A stretch of 64,000 nt of DNA from a virus (lineage: Duplodnaviria; Caudoviricetes): positions 64,001-128,000 of the IMG/VR virus record IMGVR_UViG_3300011774_000001. One strand, given 5' to 3'. Positions 1-10,100 of the stretch are shown piece by piece. The position numbers and the translations under genes were made by a program. A model generated the notes under the pieces. It saw only the letters and a list, made by a program, of their open reading frames with translations, was not told where the DNA came from and searched no databases. Within the stretch, counting starts at the first letter, position 1. Every line of letters starts with the position of its first letter.

Positions 1-3000
1 GACTTCACTTTACCAGACTCGCCCGCCACCTCGTCGAGTTGTTGCTTCTCAACGTCTTTGATGAGCGCCTTCATGTTCTCCGCCACGGTGGACGAATCAG
101 TGTTAGGCGCGTCACCGAAGTACGGCGACAGGGGGACCTTCCAGATCGCTACGAAGTTGTCCTTGTAGTACGAACCCGCAGAGATGACAGCTTCAGCCAA
201 CTTGTACTGCTCAGTTGGCTTGCAGTGCAGGTGAGCCAGCAATGGATCGGTGTTACCCGACACTGCTTTCAATGCACCCACGTAGGCCTTGTACACAGGC
301 AGGAAGCGGTAATCCAACCAATCCTTGAACTGGTTGTAGTTGTCAGAGCCCGGTTGACCTACACCGAACTTGGCACCCGCCAGACTGATCAGCTCTTCCA
401 GTGTGCCAGTGTAATCGGCAGTACCGGTGGAGCTGGCAGTCATCTTCTGCTGCGCTGCCCACTCCAGATAGAGCAGGGCGTTGACCTTCTGCACATCCAG
501 AGTGATCAGGCCGTAAGCACGAACCCGGATGGTACGCAGAGCATCCAGCACGCCCTTAGGCAACAGGGAGGATGGGAACTCTTTGGCAGCTCCACCTGTG
601 GAAGGCTTGGTGCCGCCACTACCACCTGCAAACACACCCGCCATCATCGGACTCATCGAACCCACTGCAACAGCAGCAGCCGCTTGCCCTACAACGTTCT
701 GGGTGGTCATTGGACCCGCAGCATTATTAACACCTGCCATCGGACCCATAGCCACAGCTACAGCAGCACCCGTGCCCAACTTAGCCGCTTCCTCAGCCAA
801 TTGCTTGGCCTTGTCATTCCCACCTTTCGGTAGAGGCAGTTCGGTTTTGGCATTGGCTTTGCTGAACTTCTCAGCCGCAGCATCCGCCAGCGCTTTGATG
901 GCCGCAGGGTCGGTGAGCATCTCCATGTCTTCACCGGGTGGTTGAGCAATGGTCCAACCCGCACTGCCCGCTGTCTTGACCAACTCCAGCAATGTCTTCT
1001 TGCTGTCGTCATTAAGCTTGTCGTCGACTTCTGGTAACTGAGCACCTGTGTCTACCTTATTCAAGGCAATAACCCACGTGTCGAACACCAGACGGAAGCG
1101 CTTGTCGTACCACTCCTGGAAGTTACGGAACTTAAGGTCCTTTGGCTTCTCAGGATCGATGTCAAACTCTTTCAGAGCTGCGATAGCATCATCGCCACCT
1201 GCACCCACATCCAGTTTCCCGTCAGTGACTTTGGTGTGTTTGAGGATCTTCTCCTCAAAGGCCAACATCTTCTTGGCCACATCGCTGTCTTTACCATCCC
1301 AACCATACTGAGCCAGACGCAGCCTTTGCAGCGGACGATCTTTGGAAGCGTCGTACCACTTGTAGGCGAGCCATGCCACAGTACCCACGGCCATGGCAAT
1401 GCCAACTGCTGCAGCCACAGGTGCCGAGATGATACCCGCCGCTACTGCACCAGTGGCCAGTGCCCCACGGAGCAAGAAGCTACCAGCGGTACGCAGACCG
1501 AGTCCAGCGGCTCCACGAAGCCCGATAGAACCGAGAGCACCACGTGCAGCAGAAACGCCAGGAATGCGAGCAAGCTGCTTACCAGCCCAACCCACGCCCG
1601 GAATCTTGCCCAGCATGCGGCCACCCCATTTGCCGAAGCGCTTGGTTTTAGCCCATGCTTTACCCAACATGCCTTTACCGTGTTCCGCAAGGTCTGCAGC
1701 GTTAGCGGCGTCTTGCAGGTCAAACCCTTCACCTTCTTCCTCCTCTTTCTTCTTGCCACCGAACAGACCTTTGAGCTTATCGCCCAATGCCCCGAGGATA
1801 CCCAGTCCACCAGCAGCCTTACCAGCACCAGCCCCACCCATTGCAGCACGGTCAGCGTCTTTATCAGACTTGGCCTTGCGCTTGGCGAGAATGTCCTGCC
1901 AGCTACCTTCTACGACACCGTCCCCGTCTCGATCCCCAACTTTCTTTTTACGGTTGTTTGGGTTGAGTTGAGCGATCTGTTCCAGGATTGCCGTTTGTAC
2001 CTCAAGTTGAGCGGATAGGATGCCATTGGTGCCCGAGTCTTCACTCAGCCAACGGTTGACCTTGCCACCCACTCCAGCCAGTGCACTCATCGCCCAGTTG
2101 CCGAAGCCCTTGGCGCGTTTGATCAAGCCACTGCCAAAGTTCTTGAGACCTGTCCACGCTTTCTTTGCATTACCCCACGCCGCTTTACCGACGTTCTTGA
2201 TACGGCCGACCGCAGTGAGCCAGTTGGCCTGGATCTTTTCGCCCATCTGGTTGACGAGGCCTTTGCGCATGTCATCGAGTGACAGCACGAGGTTACCCGA
2301 CAAGTCCATCACGTCGCCCTTGATGTCGCTGAGCTTAGTGATCACCTTGCCGGTTGCCTTGTCAATGTAGCCACCGTTCTGCAACACGAACTTGAGCAGG
2401 CGAGGTGTATCTTCACCCACCACGTAGACGTCATGCAGTTCAGTCAACTTACCCCAGATCCAGTCCTTGGCACTGCCAAAGGCACGTTTGACTTTGCCGA
2501 TGGTGTTACCCCAGGCACCGGCAGCCTTTTCAAACAGGCTGTTACCCAGATCCTTGATGTTCTTGATCCCCGCCATCATCACACGACGACCCAGTCGGTC
2601 ATGTAGACCACGCTTGATGTCATCGATGGTGAGCACGATGCGGGTGGTCCCGTCCTCCATCAGCTCTTCCACTTCCCCGGTGATATCGGAAAGCTTCTTG
2701 ATGATTTTGCCGGTGACCTTATCGCGATACATCCCTGCTTCAATCTTGCGGGCTTCCAGTGCAGCACGTTCCCAGCCCTTGACATACACGTCAACAACCT
2801 GACCTTTCCAGTTGTCGAGGAAGGTGGCAGCTTGACCTGCTTTACCTTTACCCCACGACAGAGCACCCGTAACCTTGTTCCGAGCACTGGTCAGTCGATT
2901 GCCTACAAACTTGCGTGCATTACCCAAGTGGTTGCCAATGGAGGTGCGGGCTTTACCGAGACGGTTCTTCCACACAGCCCCTTCAGTACCCAACTGCTTG

Positions 3001-5441
3001 CCGTTGACAATGAACAGGTCGTCCGACACCACGACGTTGGCCTGTTGGCGTCCGTCGGTCAGGATGTCCATGATCTCTTCGAGAACCATGGTCTGGTAGC
3101 CTGAGTTGTATGTGTCGTTCATGGCTTCCAAGGCGGTGATCACCTTGTCCATGCGAGTGATGTACTCGTCGACCGGCCCACAGCACTCATCGTCTTCCTG
3201 CTTAGCCTTAGACTCTTGTAGAGCCTTAGCGACGGCCTCGCCCATCAGGTTGTAGTTGATACTACCACCGGTTGGGAGGAACGGTTGAGTACGACGATTC
3301 TGCTGAGCCAGCAGTTGTTGGTTGGTGAACTGTTGCAGGGAGTTGGACAGCGAGAGGATGGCCTTGTTACCAGCACCCTTACCACCGCCCAATGCACGAC
3401 CTTTAGGCGAGTAGGCACGAGGACCGAAGTCTTCACCCACCTTACCTTCACCCAAACGCAGGTCATTGACCGCATCCAGATTCAGCTGCACAAAGCCGTC
3501 TTTATCAGTGAGCAGACCAGCCGCGATCAGTTCTTCCTTGTACCCTGCGTCGATCAATGTACGGATCATCGGCATTGGGTCTTGGAAGTTGTGGCGCATG
3601 CCTTGCAGCAATTGCCCGATGTCGGCTTCCTTGTTGTTGATCTCTTCCGAGGAGGAGGTGAACTGTCCATCAATCCCCAAACCAAAACGCTTGGACAGAT
3701 GGTCACGCACCGCAGCCTTACCAGCAGCAGAGCCTGGGCCAAACATCCCGCCGCCCTGAGCCAGTGCCTTGATGTCGAACTTGCGGTTACGCATGTTCAG
3801 TTCCACCAGATGACGTTGCAACGCTTTACGGGCATCACCTTTGAGTTCCCCTTCCGGGTCGATCTCTTTGATGACTTTGTCAATACCCTCTACGTTGTAC
3901 TTGTCCTGGCCTTCCATCATGAACTGGTTGACCACCCGCTTGACCATGGTCTTGGAATCGGTAAAGGTCCCAGACGCTGCGTCATAGCGGATCATCGGCA
4001 CATCTTCATCACCCGTACGGAACTTCACCACCTCATGGTGGATACGGGCCAGCAAGCCTGGGATGACATCGATGATGGATCGGTTGGTCAGCTGGTTAAA
4101 GTTGTCCGGCATGTGACCCGATTGCAGGTCATTGCCTTTAACCGACGTGTCCAGTCGGGTGGAGTACAACAGGCTGCGACCCATGTCCTTGAAGAAGCCT
4201 TTAATGGTACCGTCGTTGTCACGCTTACCAGCTTGCTCATCCAACCAACGCCCACCGTTGGTCATCACGTTACGGAACTGGCCCTGACGAGCATTGAACC
4301 GAGCGTTCTGTCCCAACTTGGCCTTGACACGATCGCCGTACTTGCTGCTGGCCCAATCACTGGCAGCACCCAGACCGAGATCCATCAGGGTAGCCAGACT
4401 GTCGTCTTCGCCACCTGCGGCTTTCATCTCGTTCTGCATTTGGATGATGTCACCGCCTGCATCAGCAGCGCCACGGAAACCCTCACGGGCAGAGCGTAGC
4501 TTGTCGCCGATAGTGCGAGTGACACGGGACTTGAGGTTACTGGTAGTCTTTGCCAGATAGTCGCCCAAGTTACCCGACAACGCCTGAGACACCTGACCCA
4601 GCAAGCGCTGTTGAGTCAGTCGACCGAACTCTTCCGACTTGGTGATCTTCACAGCCTCTGGCAGCGCGGTGTTCTTGACGATCACATCCAAACGGTTGAG
4701 CGTATCGGCAGCAGTCTTGGTGGCGTTGTCCACCAAATCCGCCAACATGAAGTTTTGGTTCATCTGCAGCTCAAGCGTTTTGCGCTTCCAGCGTGCATCG
4801 ATGCCTTCATTATAGTCGCGGATCTGACGCAGGCTGGTGTCCATCGAAGTGAACGCGGCCATCTGCGTAGTGAAACGTTTGCGAACTGCAACCTCTTGGT
4901 TCAGTCTGCGAGCCTCGGCAGTTTCCTTATCTGCCATGGCCTGATCATTCTGGATGCCCATGATCTCGTCAAGCTTACCCGAGATCTCATCCTGCCGCTC
5001 TTGCTCCTTGGACTTACCCATGCCGTAGGAATCATCTTCCCCAGCTATTTTGTCAAGGAACTTGCCTAACTTATCAGGGAGACTCCCCCGCACTTTAGGC
5101 AGAGTACGGCGCAGGGTTTTTTGCATGTCCTGTTTGGTCTTTTGGACCTCAGACATGTTGACGTCGAAAATGTCCTTCATATTGGACGCGGCGTCAAACC
5201 CTACCCCAACCGCATCGCTGTAAGCACCTGGCATTGTTCGTGACAGGGTCTTACGAATCCGGTTAGGGTCTGCGATGGTTTTGCCAACGGACTTCATCGC
5301 GGTGGTTGCGACTTTACGGACGGGAGACCGGTCATCCTTTGGCTCTTCGAATGCATCGTCGAAGTTAAAGTCTGGCCAATCTAGATCATCCATGTTGTCG
5401 ATATCGAACTCGATATCTCCACCTTCGTTCTTCTTGGCCAT
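1..5441 (-). CDS. Giant tail-associated protein (phiKZ gp181 / SPN3US gp239-like, tape-measure/peptidoglycan hydrolase), partial; runs off the window start
   Basis: Not in the ORF track because no stop lies in the window. ATG at 5441 on the minus strand with a GGGTGA SD. It reads MAKKNEGGDIEFDIDNMDDLDWPDFNFDD..DDRSPVRK and is still in frame at base 1 (KDVEKQQLDEVAGESGKVK). Gly/Ala-rich segments; divergent from the vRNAP beta' gene as in phiKZ/SPN3US. No catalytic domain identified in the part visible. Confidence 0.8.
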   Translation of the reverse strand, partial: MAKKNEGGDIEFDIDNMDDLDWPDFNFDDAFEEPKDDRSPVRKVATTAMKSVGKTIADPNRIRKTLSRTMPGAYSDAVGVGFDAASNMKDIFDVNMSEVQKTKQDMQKTLRRTLPKVRGSLPDKLGKFLDKIAGEDDSYGMGKSKEQERQDEISGKLDEIMGIQNDQAMADKETAEARRLNQEVAVRKRFTTQMAAFTSMDTSLRQIRDYNEGIDARWKRKTLELQMNQNFMLADLVDNATKTAADTLNRLDVIVKNTALPEAVKITKSEEFGRLTQQRLLGQVSQALSGNLGDYLAKTTSNLKSRVTRTIGDKLRSAREGFRGAADAGGDIIQMQNEMKAAGGEDDSLATLMDLGLGAASDWASSKYGDRVKAKLGQNARFNARQGQFRNVMTNGGRWLDEQAGKRDNDGTIKGFFKDMGRSLLYSTRLDTSVKGNDLQSGHMPDNFNQLTNRSIIDVIPGLLARIHHEVVKFRTGDEDVPMIRYDAASGTFTDSKTMVKRVVNQFMMEGQDKYNVEGIDKVIKEIDPEGELKGDARKALQRHLVELNMRNRKFDIKALAQGGGMFGPGSAAGKAAVRDHLSKRFGLGIDGQFTSSSEEINNKEADIGQLLQGMRHNFQDPMPMIRTLIDAGYKEELIAAGLLTDKDGFVQLNLDAVNDLRLGEGKVGEDFGPRAYSPKGRALGGGKGAGNKAILSLSNSLQQFTNQQLLAQQNRRTQPFLPTGGSINYNLMGEAVAKALQESKAKQEDDECCGPVDEYITRMDKVITALEAMNDTYNSGYQTMVLEEIMDILTDGRQQANVVVSDDLFIVNGKQLGTEGAVWKNRLGKARTSIGNHLGNARKFVGNRLTSARNKVTGALSWGKGKAGQAATFLDNWKGQVVDVYVKGWERAALEARKIEAGMYRDKVTGKIIKKLSDITGEVEELMEDGTTRIVLTIDDIKRGLHDRLGRRVMMAGIKNIKDLGNSLFEKAAGAWGNTIGKVKRAFGSAKDWIWGKLTELHDVYVVGEDTPRLLKFVLQNGGYIDKATGKVITKLSDIKGDVMDLSGNLVLSLDDMRKGLVNQMGEKIQANWLTAVGRIKNVGKAAWGNAKKAWTGLKNFGSGLIKRAKGFGNWAMSALAGVGGKVNRWLSEDSGTNGILSAQLEVQTAILEQIAQLNPNNRKKKVGDRDGDGVVEGSWQDILAKRKAKSDKDADRAAMGGAGAGKAAGGLGILGALGDKLKGLFGGKKKEEEEGEGFDLQDAANAADLAEHGKGMLGKAWAKTKRFGKWGGRMLGKIPGVGWAGKQLARIPGVSAARGALGSIGLRGAAGLGLRTAGSFLLRGALATGAVAAGIISAPVAAAVGIAMAVGTVAWLAYKWYDASKDRPLQRLRLAQYGWDGKDSDVAKKMLAFEEKILKHTKVTDGKLDVGAGGDDAIAALKEFDIDPEKPKDLKFRNFQEWYDKRFRLVFDTWVIALNKVDTGAQLPEVDDKLNDDSKKTLLELVKTAGSAGWTIAQPPGEDMEMLTDPAAIKALADAAAEKFSKANAKTELPLPKGGNDKAKQLAEEAAKLGTGAAVAVAMGPMAGVNNAAGPMTTQNVVGQAAAAVAVGSMSPMMAGVFAGGSGGTKPSTGGAAKEFPSSLLPKGVLDALRTIRVRAYGLITLDVQKVNALLYLEWAAQQKMTASSTGTADYTGTLEELISLAGAKFGVGQPGSDNYNQFKDWLDYRFLPVYKAYVGALKAVSGNTDPLLAHLHCKPTEQYKLAEAVISAGSYYKDNFVAIWKVPLSPYFGDAPNTDSSTVAENMKALIKDVEKQQLDEVAGESGKVK

Positions 5442-5502
5442 AGTTTCACCCATCGGTCAAAAGTTTCTTAATCATACATTAACTGAAATTGGTGAAGGGC
5501 TT

Positions 5503-7122
5503 ATGAAAAAGAGCATGCTGCCCGCCAACCTTTGGATTCTTGACACTCGCCAGCCGAAGGTCAAAAACCTGCGCACAGTGACCACGTTGGACATCAACGA
5601 GGGGGCTACGCGGGTGCTCCATCCAGAGGGATTGTTCTCTACCCAAATCTTCGGGCGGGTAGGTTCGGAGGAGCGTGATACCACCTTCGGCAAGATTGAC
5701 ATCGCCGTGCCGGTGTTTGACCCAACCACCTTCGATTTGCTGATGTCGCTCAAAGGTCTCTACGTCGCAATCATCAACGAGCAGAAATATGCCAAGTTCG
5801 ATGAGATCGAAAAAGACTTTGTGGTCTCTGACCCCGTCAATGGCGACACGGGCTATGACTTCTTCATCCGTCACTGGAAAAAGATTCAGTTCGTGCGTAA
5901 CAACTCTGATCGCCGGAACATTAAAATCCAGGAGATCGAGAAGTACAAAGAGCAGGCAGAGATCCAACACTTCGTTGTGTTGCCTGCTGGCCTGCGGGAA
6001 ATCGAGGTCAATGAAGCAGGGCGTCAGGAAGAGCACGAGATCAATGAGCTGTATCGCCGTGTGATCGCTTCTGCGCGTGTTCTGAACATCGGCAATGCAT
6101 CGGGTGACCTTCGCTCTTTGAATGCCCCACGTCGCTCCCTGCAGCGTGCTATTCAGGAAGTCTGGCAATACCTGTTTGACTTTGTGGGTGGTAAGCGTGG
6201 TTACATGGCTGTGCGTATGGCCAGCCGTCGTGTATTCGATGGTACTCGAAACGTTATTACCGCCATGGACCCTGTCCGCGCCGAGATCGGTGTGGGTGAG
6301 CCGCTCGACTTGAACCACACTCAAGTGGGGATCTTCCAGACTGCCAAGGGCACGCGCCCTCTGACGATCGGTCGGTTGCGCAAGGTGATGTTTGAGCATG
6401 TGTTTGAGAACTCGCCTGAGTCAACGCATGCTTGGCTGATCAACCCGAAAGACTTCAGCCGTGTCCACGTCAATGTGGGTCACCAACTGAAGGACCGCTG
6501 GACCACCAAAGACGGTCTGGGCAAGGTCATCGAATCGTTCCGTGAAGACAGTCTGCGTCAGCGAGCTGTAATGATCGCAGGTATGTATGTAGGTCTGGTG
6601 TATGAGACTGAAGACACCTTCAAGATCTTCTACGACATGGAACAACTCCCGAAAGATCTGGATCGTGCCAAAGTGCGACCCATGAACCTGACGGACTTTG
6701 TTTACCTGAACTGTGTGGACGACTGGCTTAAGTGCTACGTCTTCCCAACCCGCTACCCTGTAGCAGGCGCTGGCTCCATCTATCCGTCCAAGCCTAGCTT
6801 GGTGTCCACGGTACCGTCTAAGCAGTGCCGTGAACTGGATGACAACTGGGAGCCCTCTGACCGCGTGATCGCGTCTTACCCGATCCTCAACGCAGTCTAT
6901 TACGATTCGATGTCGGTACACATGGCCATGCTGGTAGGCCTGTCTGCTGACCATGACGGCGACATGACCTCGGCGAACTACGTGTTCTCCATGGAATCGA
7001 TTGCAGAGCTTACTGCTCACTTCGACAAAGCCGAGACTTACCTGAACCCAGATGGTGGGCTGAAGTCCTCCATGGACTACTACACGCTCACGCTGGTAAC
7101 GCACAACATGAGCCGGAGATAA
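5503..7122 (+). CDS. Virion RNA polymerase beta' subunit, catalytic fragment (phiKZ gp180-like)
   Basis: HPEGLFSTQIFG, VLPAGLR, RYP and a catalytic ADHDGD motif. Start moved to ATG 5503 (SD GGTGAAGG) because the upstream part overlaps the divergent gene. Confidence 0.92.
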   Translation: MKKSMLPANLWILDTRQPKVKNLRTVTTLDINEGATRVLHPEGLFSTQIFGRVGSEERDTTFGKIDIAVPVFDPTTFDLLMSLKGLYVAIINEQKYAKFDEIEKDFVVSDPVNGDTGYDFFIRHWKKIQFVRNNSDRRNIKIQEIEKYKEQAEIQHFVVLPAGLREIEVNEAGRQEEHEINELYRRVIASARVLNIGNASGDLRSLNAPRRSLQRAIQEVWQYLFDFVGGKRGYMAVRMASRRVFDGTRNVITAMDPVRAEIGVGEPLDLNHTQVGIFQTAKGTRPLTIGRLRKVMFEHVFENSPESTHAWLINPKDFSRVHVNVGHQLKDRWTTKDGLGKVIESFREDSLRQRAVMIAGMYVGLVYETEDTFKIFYDMEQLPKDLDRAKVRPMNLTDFVYLNCVDDWLKCYVFPTRYPVAGAGSIYPSKPSLVSTVPSKQCRELDDNWEPSDRVIASYPILNAVYYDSMSVHMAMLVGLSADHDGDMTSANYVFSMESIAELTAHFDKAETYLNPDGGLKSSMDYYTLTLVTHNMSRR

Positions 7123-7124
7123 TC

Positions 7125-10100
7125 ATGGTTCGTTTCGAAGCATTTAACCGTCGACACGGTTTGATCAGGTCTGAATACCTGAGCATGCCGCGTTTGGCGG
7201 ATATGGTCAAGGTGGAGTTCCCCGCCGCTTCTGTGATTCACTATCTGCCCGAGAACGACGTGGATTGGTGGCCAGAGCCTACGTGGTGGATGATCCGTCA
7301 GACCACAGGTGACGTCTGGGTTGAACACGTCCTGGAATTCCATGCTACCCACGGTAAGACCACTGAGGTTGCTGGCAGTCCGCAGAACGCTATCCGTAAG
7401 TACCACCAGCGTTTCCCAACGCTTAAGAAGGTGGTCAATCAGGATGCGGCATTGCGCAATGAAACCAGTTGCCTGGTGATCAATCACGCGATCGCTCGAC
7501 ACTTCCTGAAGTATCAGGGTACTCAGTTCATCGAGTACAGCCGTAACCGCAACATCCGCGATAACGTCTTCGAGCAGATCGGCCGGATTGTACAACAGGT
7601 TGATCGTCAGCACTTTGTACCGATCCGTATGCCCTCGACCTTCCCGACGCTGTCTCAGATTCAAAAGGCAGAGCACGAGGAGATTCTGTCGGTTGATTCG
7701 GTCAAGCGTTTCACCTCCCTTGAGCATTTGATGTTCTTGGAGATCTGGCGCTGGTTGGGTGATCCTGGTCCTCGCAAAGATAAAGACGGCAAAGACGCTG
7801 ACCGCGGCGTACTTTCTTTGATCAACAAGATCCCTGAAGACAAGCTGCAGCATGTGAACTTCGTCTTTACCGTTCGCGGTAACTGGATGATGTACAACCT
7901 GGCTGATTTGCTGCGTCTGAAGAAGATCGACGCCAACCCTAAGGGTAAGTGGGAGCCTCTGCAAATGCAGAAGCGTTTCCTCAACGCATTGATCCAGCTG
8001 ATCGAGGCTGGTATTACCGCGGAAAAAAAGCCCGAAGGATTGCTCGATCAGGAAGCACCCGAAGAGCAGTCCCAAAAGTCGAACCAAGAGATCCAGAGCC
8101 ACAACGAGGCGATATTGTCTCAGGTACCGGTATCGAAGGAAATCTCGTCGAAGATCGAACGGAACCAACCGGCGACTCTGACGGGGATCGGCGTGGACAG
8201 CTCCCAAGGAACTACAGTCCTTCCGCACTCGGTGGAAGCGGAGGTGGCAGCGAAGGAACAAGCCGCCAAGGAGATGGAGCAGTCGGAAGCTTCCTCCGCC
8301 GCCTCGCAGGGCGCAAAGGTTTCAAGTGACCTGACGGACGAAGAGATTGACGCCAACCTTGAAGCACTGGAACGCGTTGAGCAAATCCAGCAGGGCGCTG
8401 ACTTCAACCCCGTTAACCCCAATGCCAACCCATTAGAGGAAGGCATTCTGTCTCGTGGTCGTGCACTGGCCAAAGACGGGGTGATCTCGGGTGCTGAACT
8501 GCGCCGTATCGAGGCATTGGCTGAAGGCTACAAGAAGCTTAAGAACCCGTTTGGGCCTGGGCTTTTGCATGACGCTGCAATCGTTACTGCTGAAGAGTTG
8601 GAAGTCAAGCCGGAAGAGTACGAAGTCAAAGGCCCAATCTTTGATAAGTCGATGCTGGCTTCTGCGGTGCGAGTGGCGAACGCCAAGTACGTCAAGACCA
8701 CCATGCACAAGGACACGGTTAACGCCATCCTGAACTTCCAGCGGACAGGCATTGCGGTGACAGGCTTTGAAGTTGAGAAGTCTAAATCGATCCTGGGTGA
8801 GTCGAACATTCTGTCCATTCGTTGGCAGCCGATTGGTGGTGCAGCTTCTACTAGCCGCATCATTCTGCCGGTGGTGAACGAGGAGGGTGTGTTCAAGGCC
8901 GGTGGTACTCGCTACCGGATGCGTACTCAGCGTACCGATGTACCGATCCGTGTGGTGGCCCCAGGTCGTGTGTCTCTGACCAGTTACTACGGCAAGATCA
9001 ACATCTCTCTGTCCGAGCGTGAGATCCACAACTATGGCCGCTGGTTGACCGATCAGATCAGTGCGCTGTCGATGGATGAGAAAGGCCCTATCGGGGAAAT
9101 CCATTTCACCAACGTGTTCGACCGCTCAGTGATTGCGCCTAAGGCGTACACTCGATTGGCGCACAGTGTGCACACCATGCGCATTGGTGACATGAACCTG
9201 AACTTCAAACACGCTGAACGATTGACGCTGGGTAAACCTGCTGACATCGAAGCGCTGGAGAAAGACGGTTCTGTGGTCGTAGGTAAGACCAACGTGGGTG
9301 CCCTGATCACCATGAACCCGCAAAACGAGTTTGTGGTTAAAGGTCAGTCTCGCGGTACCATCGAAGAGATCCTCAAGCTTGACCAGACAGGTGCACCGCA
9401 TCAAGTTGCAATGATGCGTCTGCGTGGTCAGTGGGTTCCTCTGGGTGTGATCATGGCCAGCTACATCGGTCTGTCTGCCCTGATCCAACGTTGCAAGGGT
9501 TCTGTGCGTCGGGTACAGGCGGGTGACCGCATGAACTTGGAGCCGCATGAATACGCCGTACGTTTCAGTGACGAGTCTCTGATTCTGGATAGTCGTGAGC
9601 AACTGCCAATGTTGCTGTTGTCTGGCTTCCGTTTCTATCACAAAGAGATCCGTCAGATCAGCGTGTACAGTTTTGACAGCAAACCTGCGTATGGCATCCT
9701 GTTGGACGCTAAGTCTCGTAACGGGGCTTACACGGTTGAGCTGGAGATGCTGAACGACCTGTTCGTTGATCCGATGACGCGTGACCTGCTGCGTGAAATG
9801 AAGGAACCTACCGAGTGGCAACCCTTGATCTACCGTGCTGCGGAACTCCTACTCAAGGACTACGCCCCGGATGAGGTTGACGGCGCTTACATGCTGCTCA
9901 AAGGCTACGAGCGTGTACCGGGTACTGTTTATCGTGAGCTGGTGGCTGCAACGCGTCAGTACAAACTGCGCAGTCGTGTGACCAAAGCTTCGATCGACAT
10001 GAAGCCGACTGCGGTGTGGAACAGCTTTACTGCCGACAGCTCCATCAGCCCTGTCAACGACTGCAACCCGATTGCGGACCTGCGTGCATCCGAGGCCGTG

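Noticed and set aside
39-5069. Many plus-strand ORFs in the first 5 kb
   Set aside because: All are antisense to the single giant minus-strand gene starting at 5441.
5275-5502. N-terminal extensions in the ORF track (RNAP beta' from 5275; also 62225, 57021, 56309, 61806)
   Set aside because: They overlap divergent genes or spacers; downstream ATGs have better SDs and match the family N-termini.
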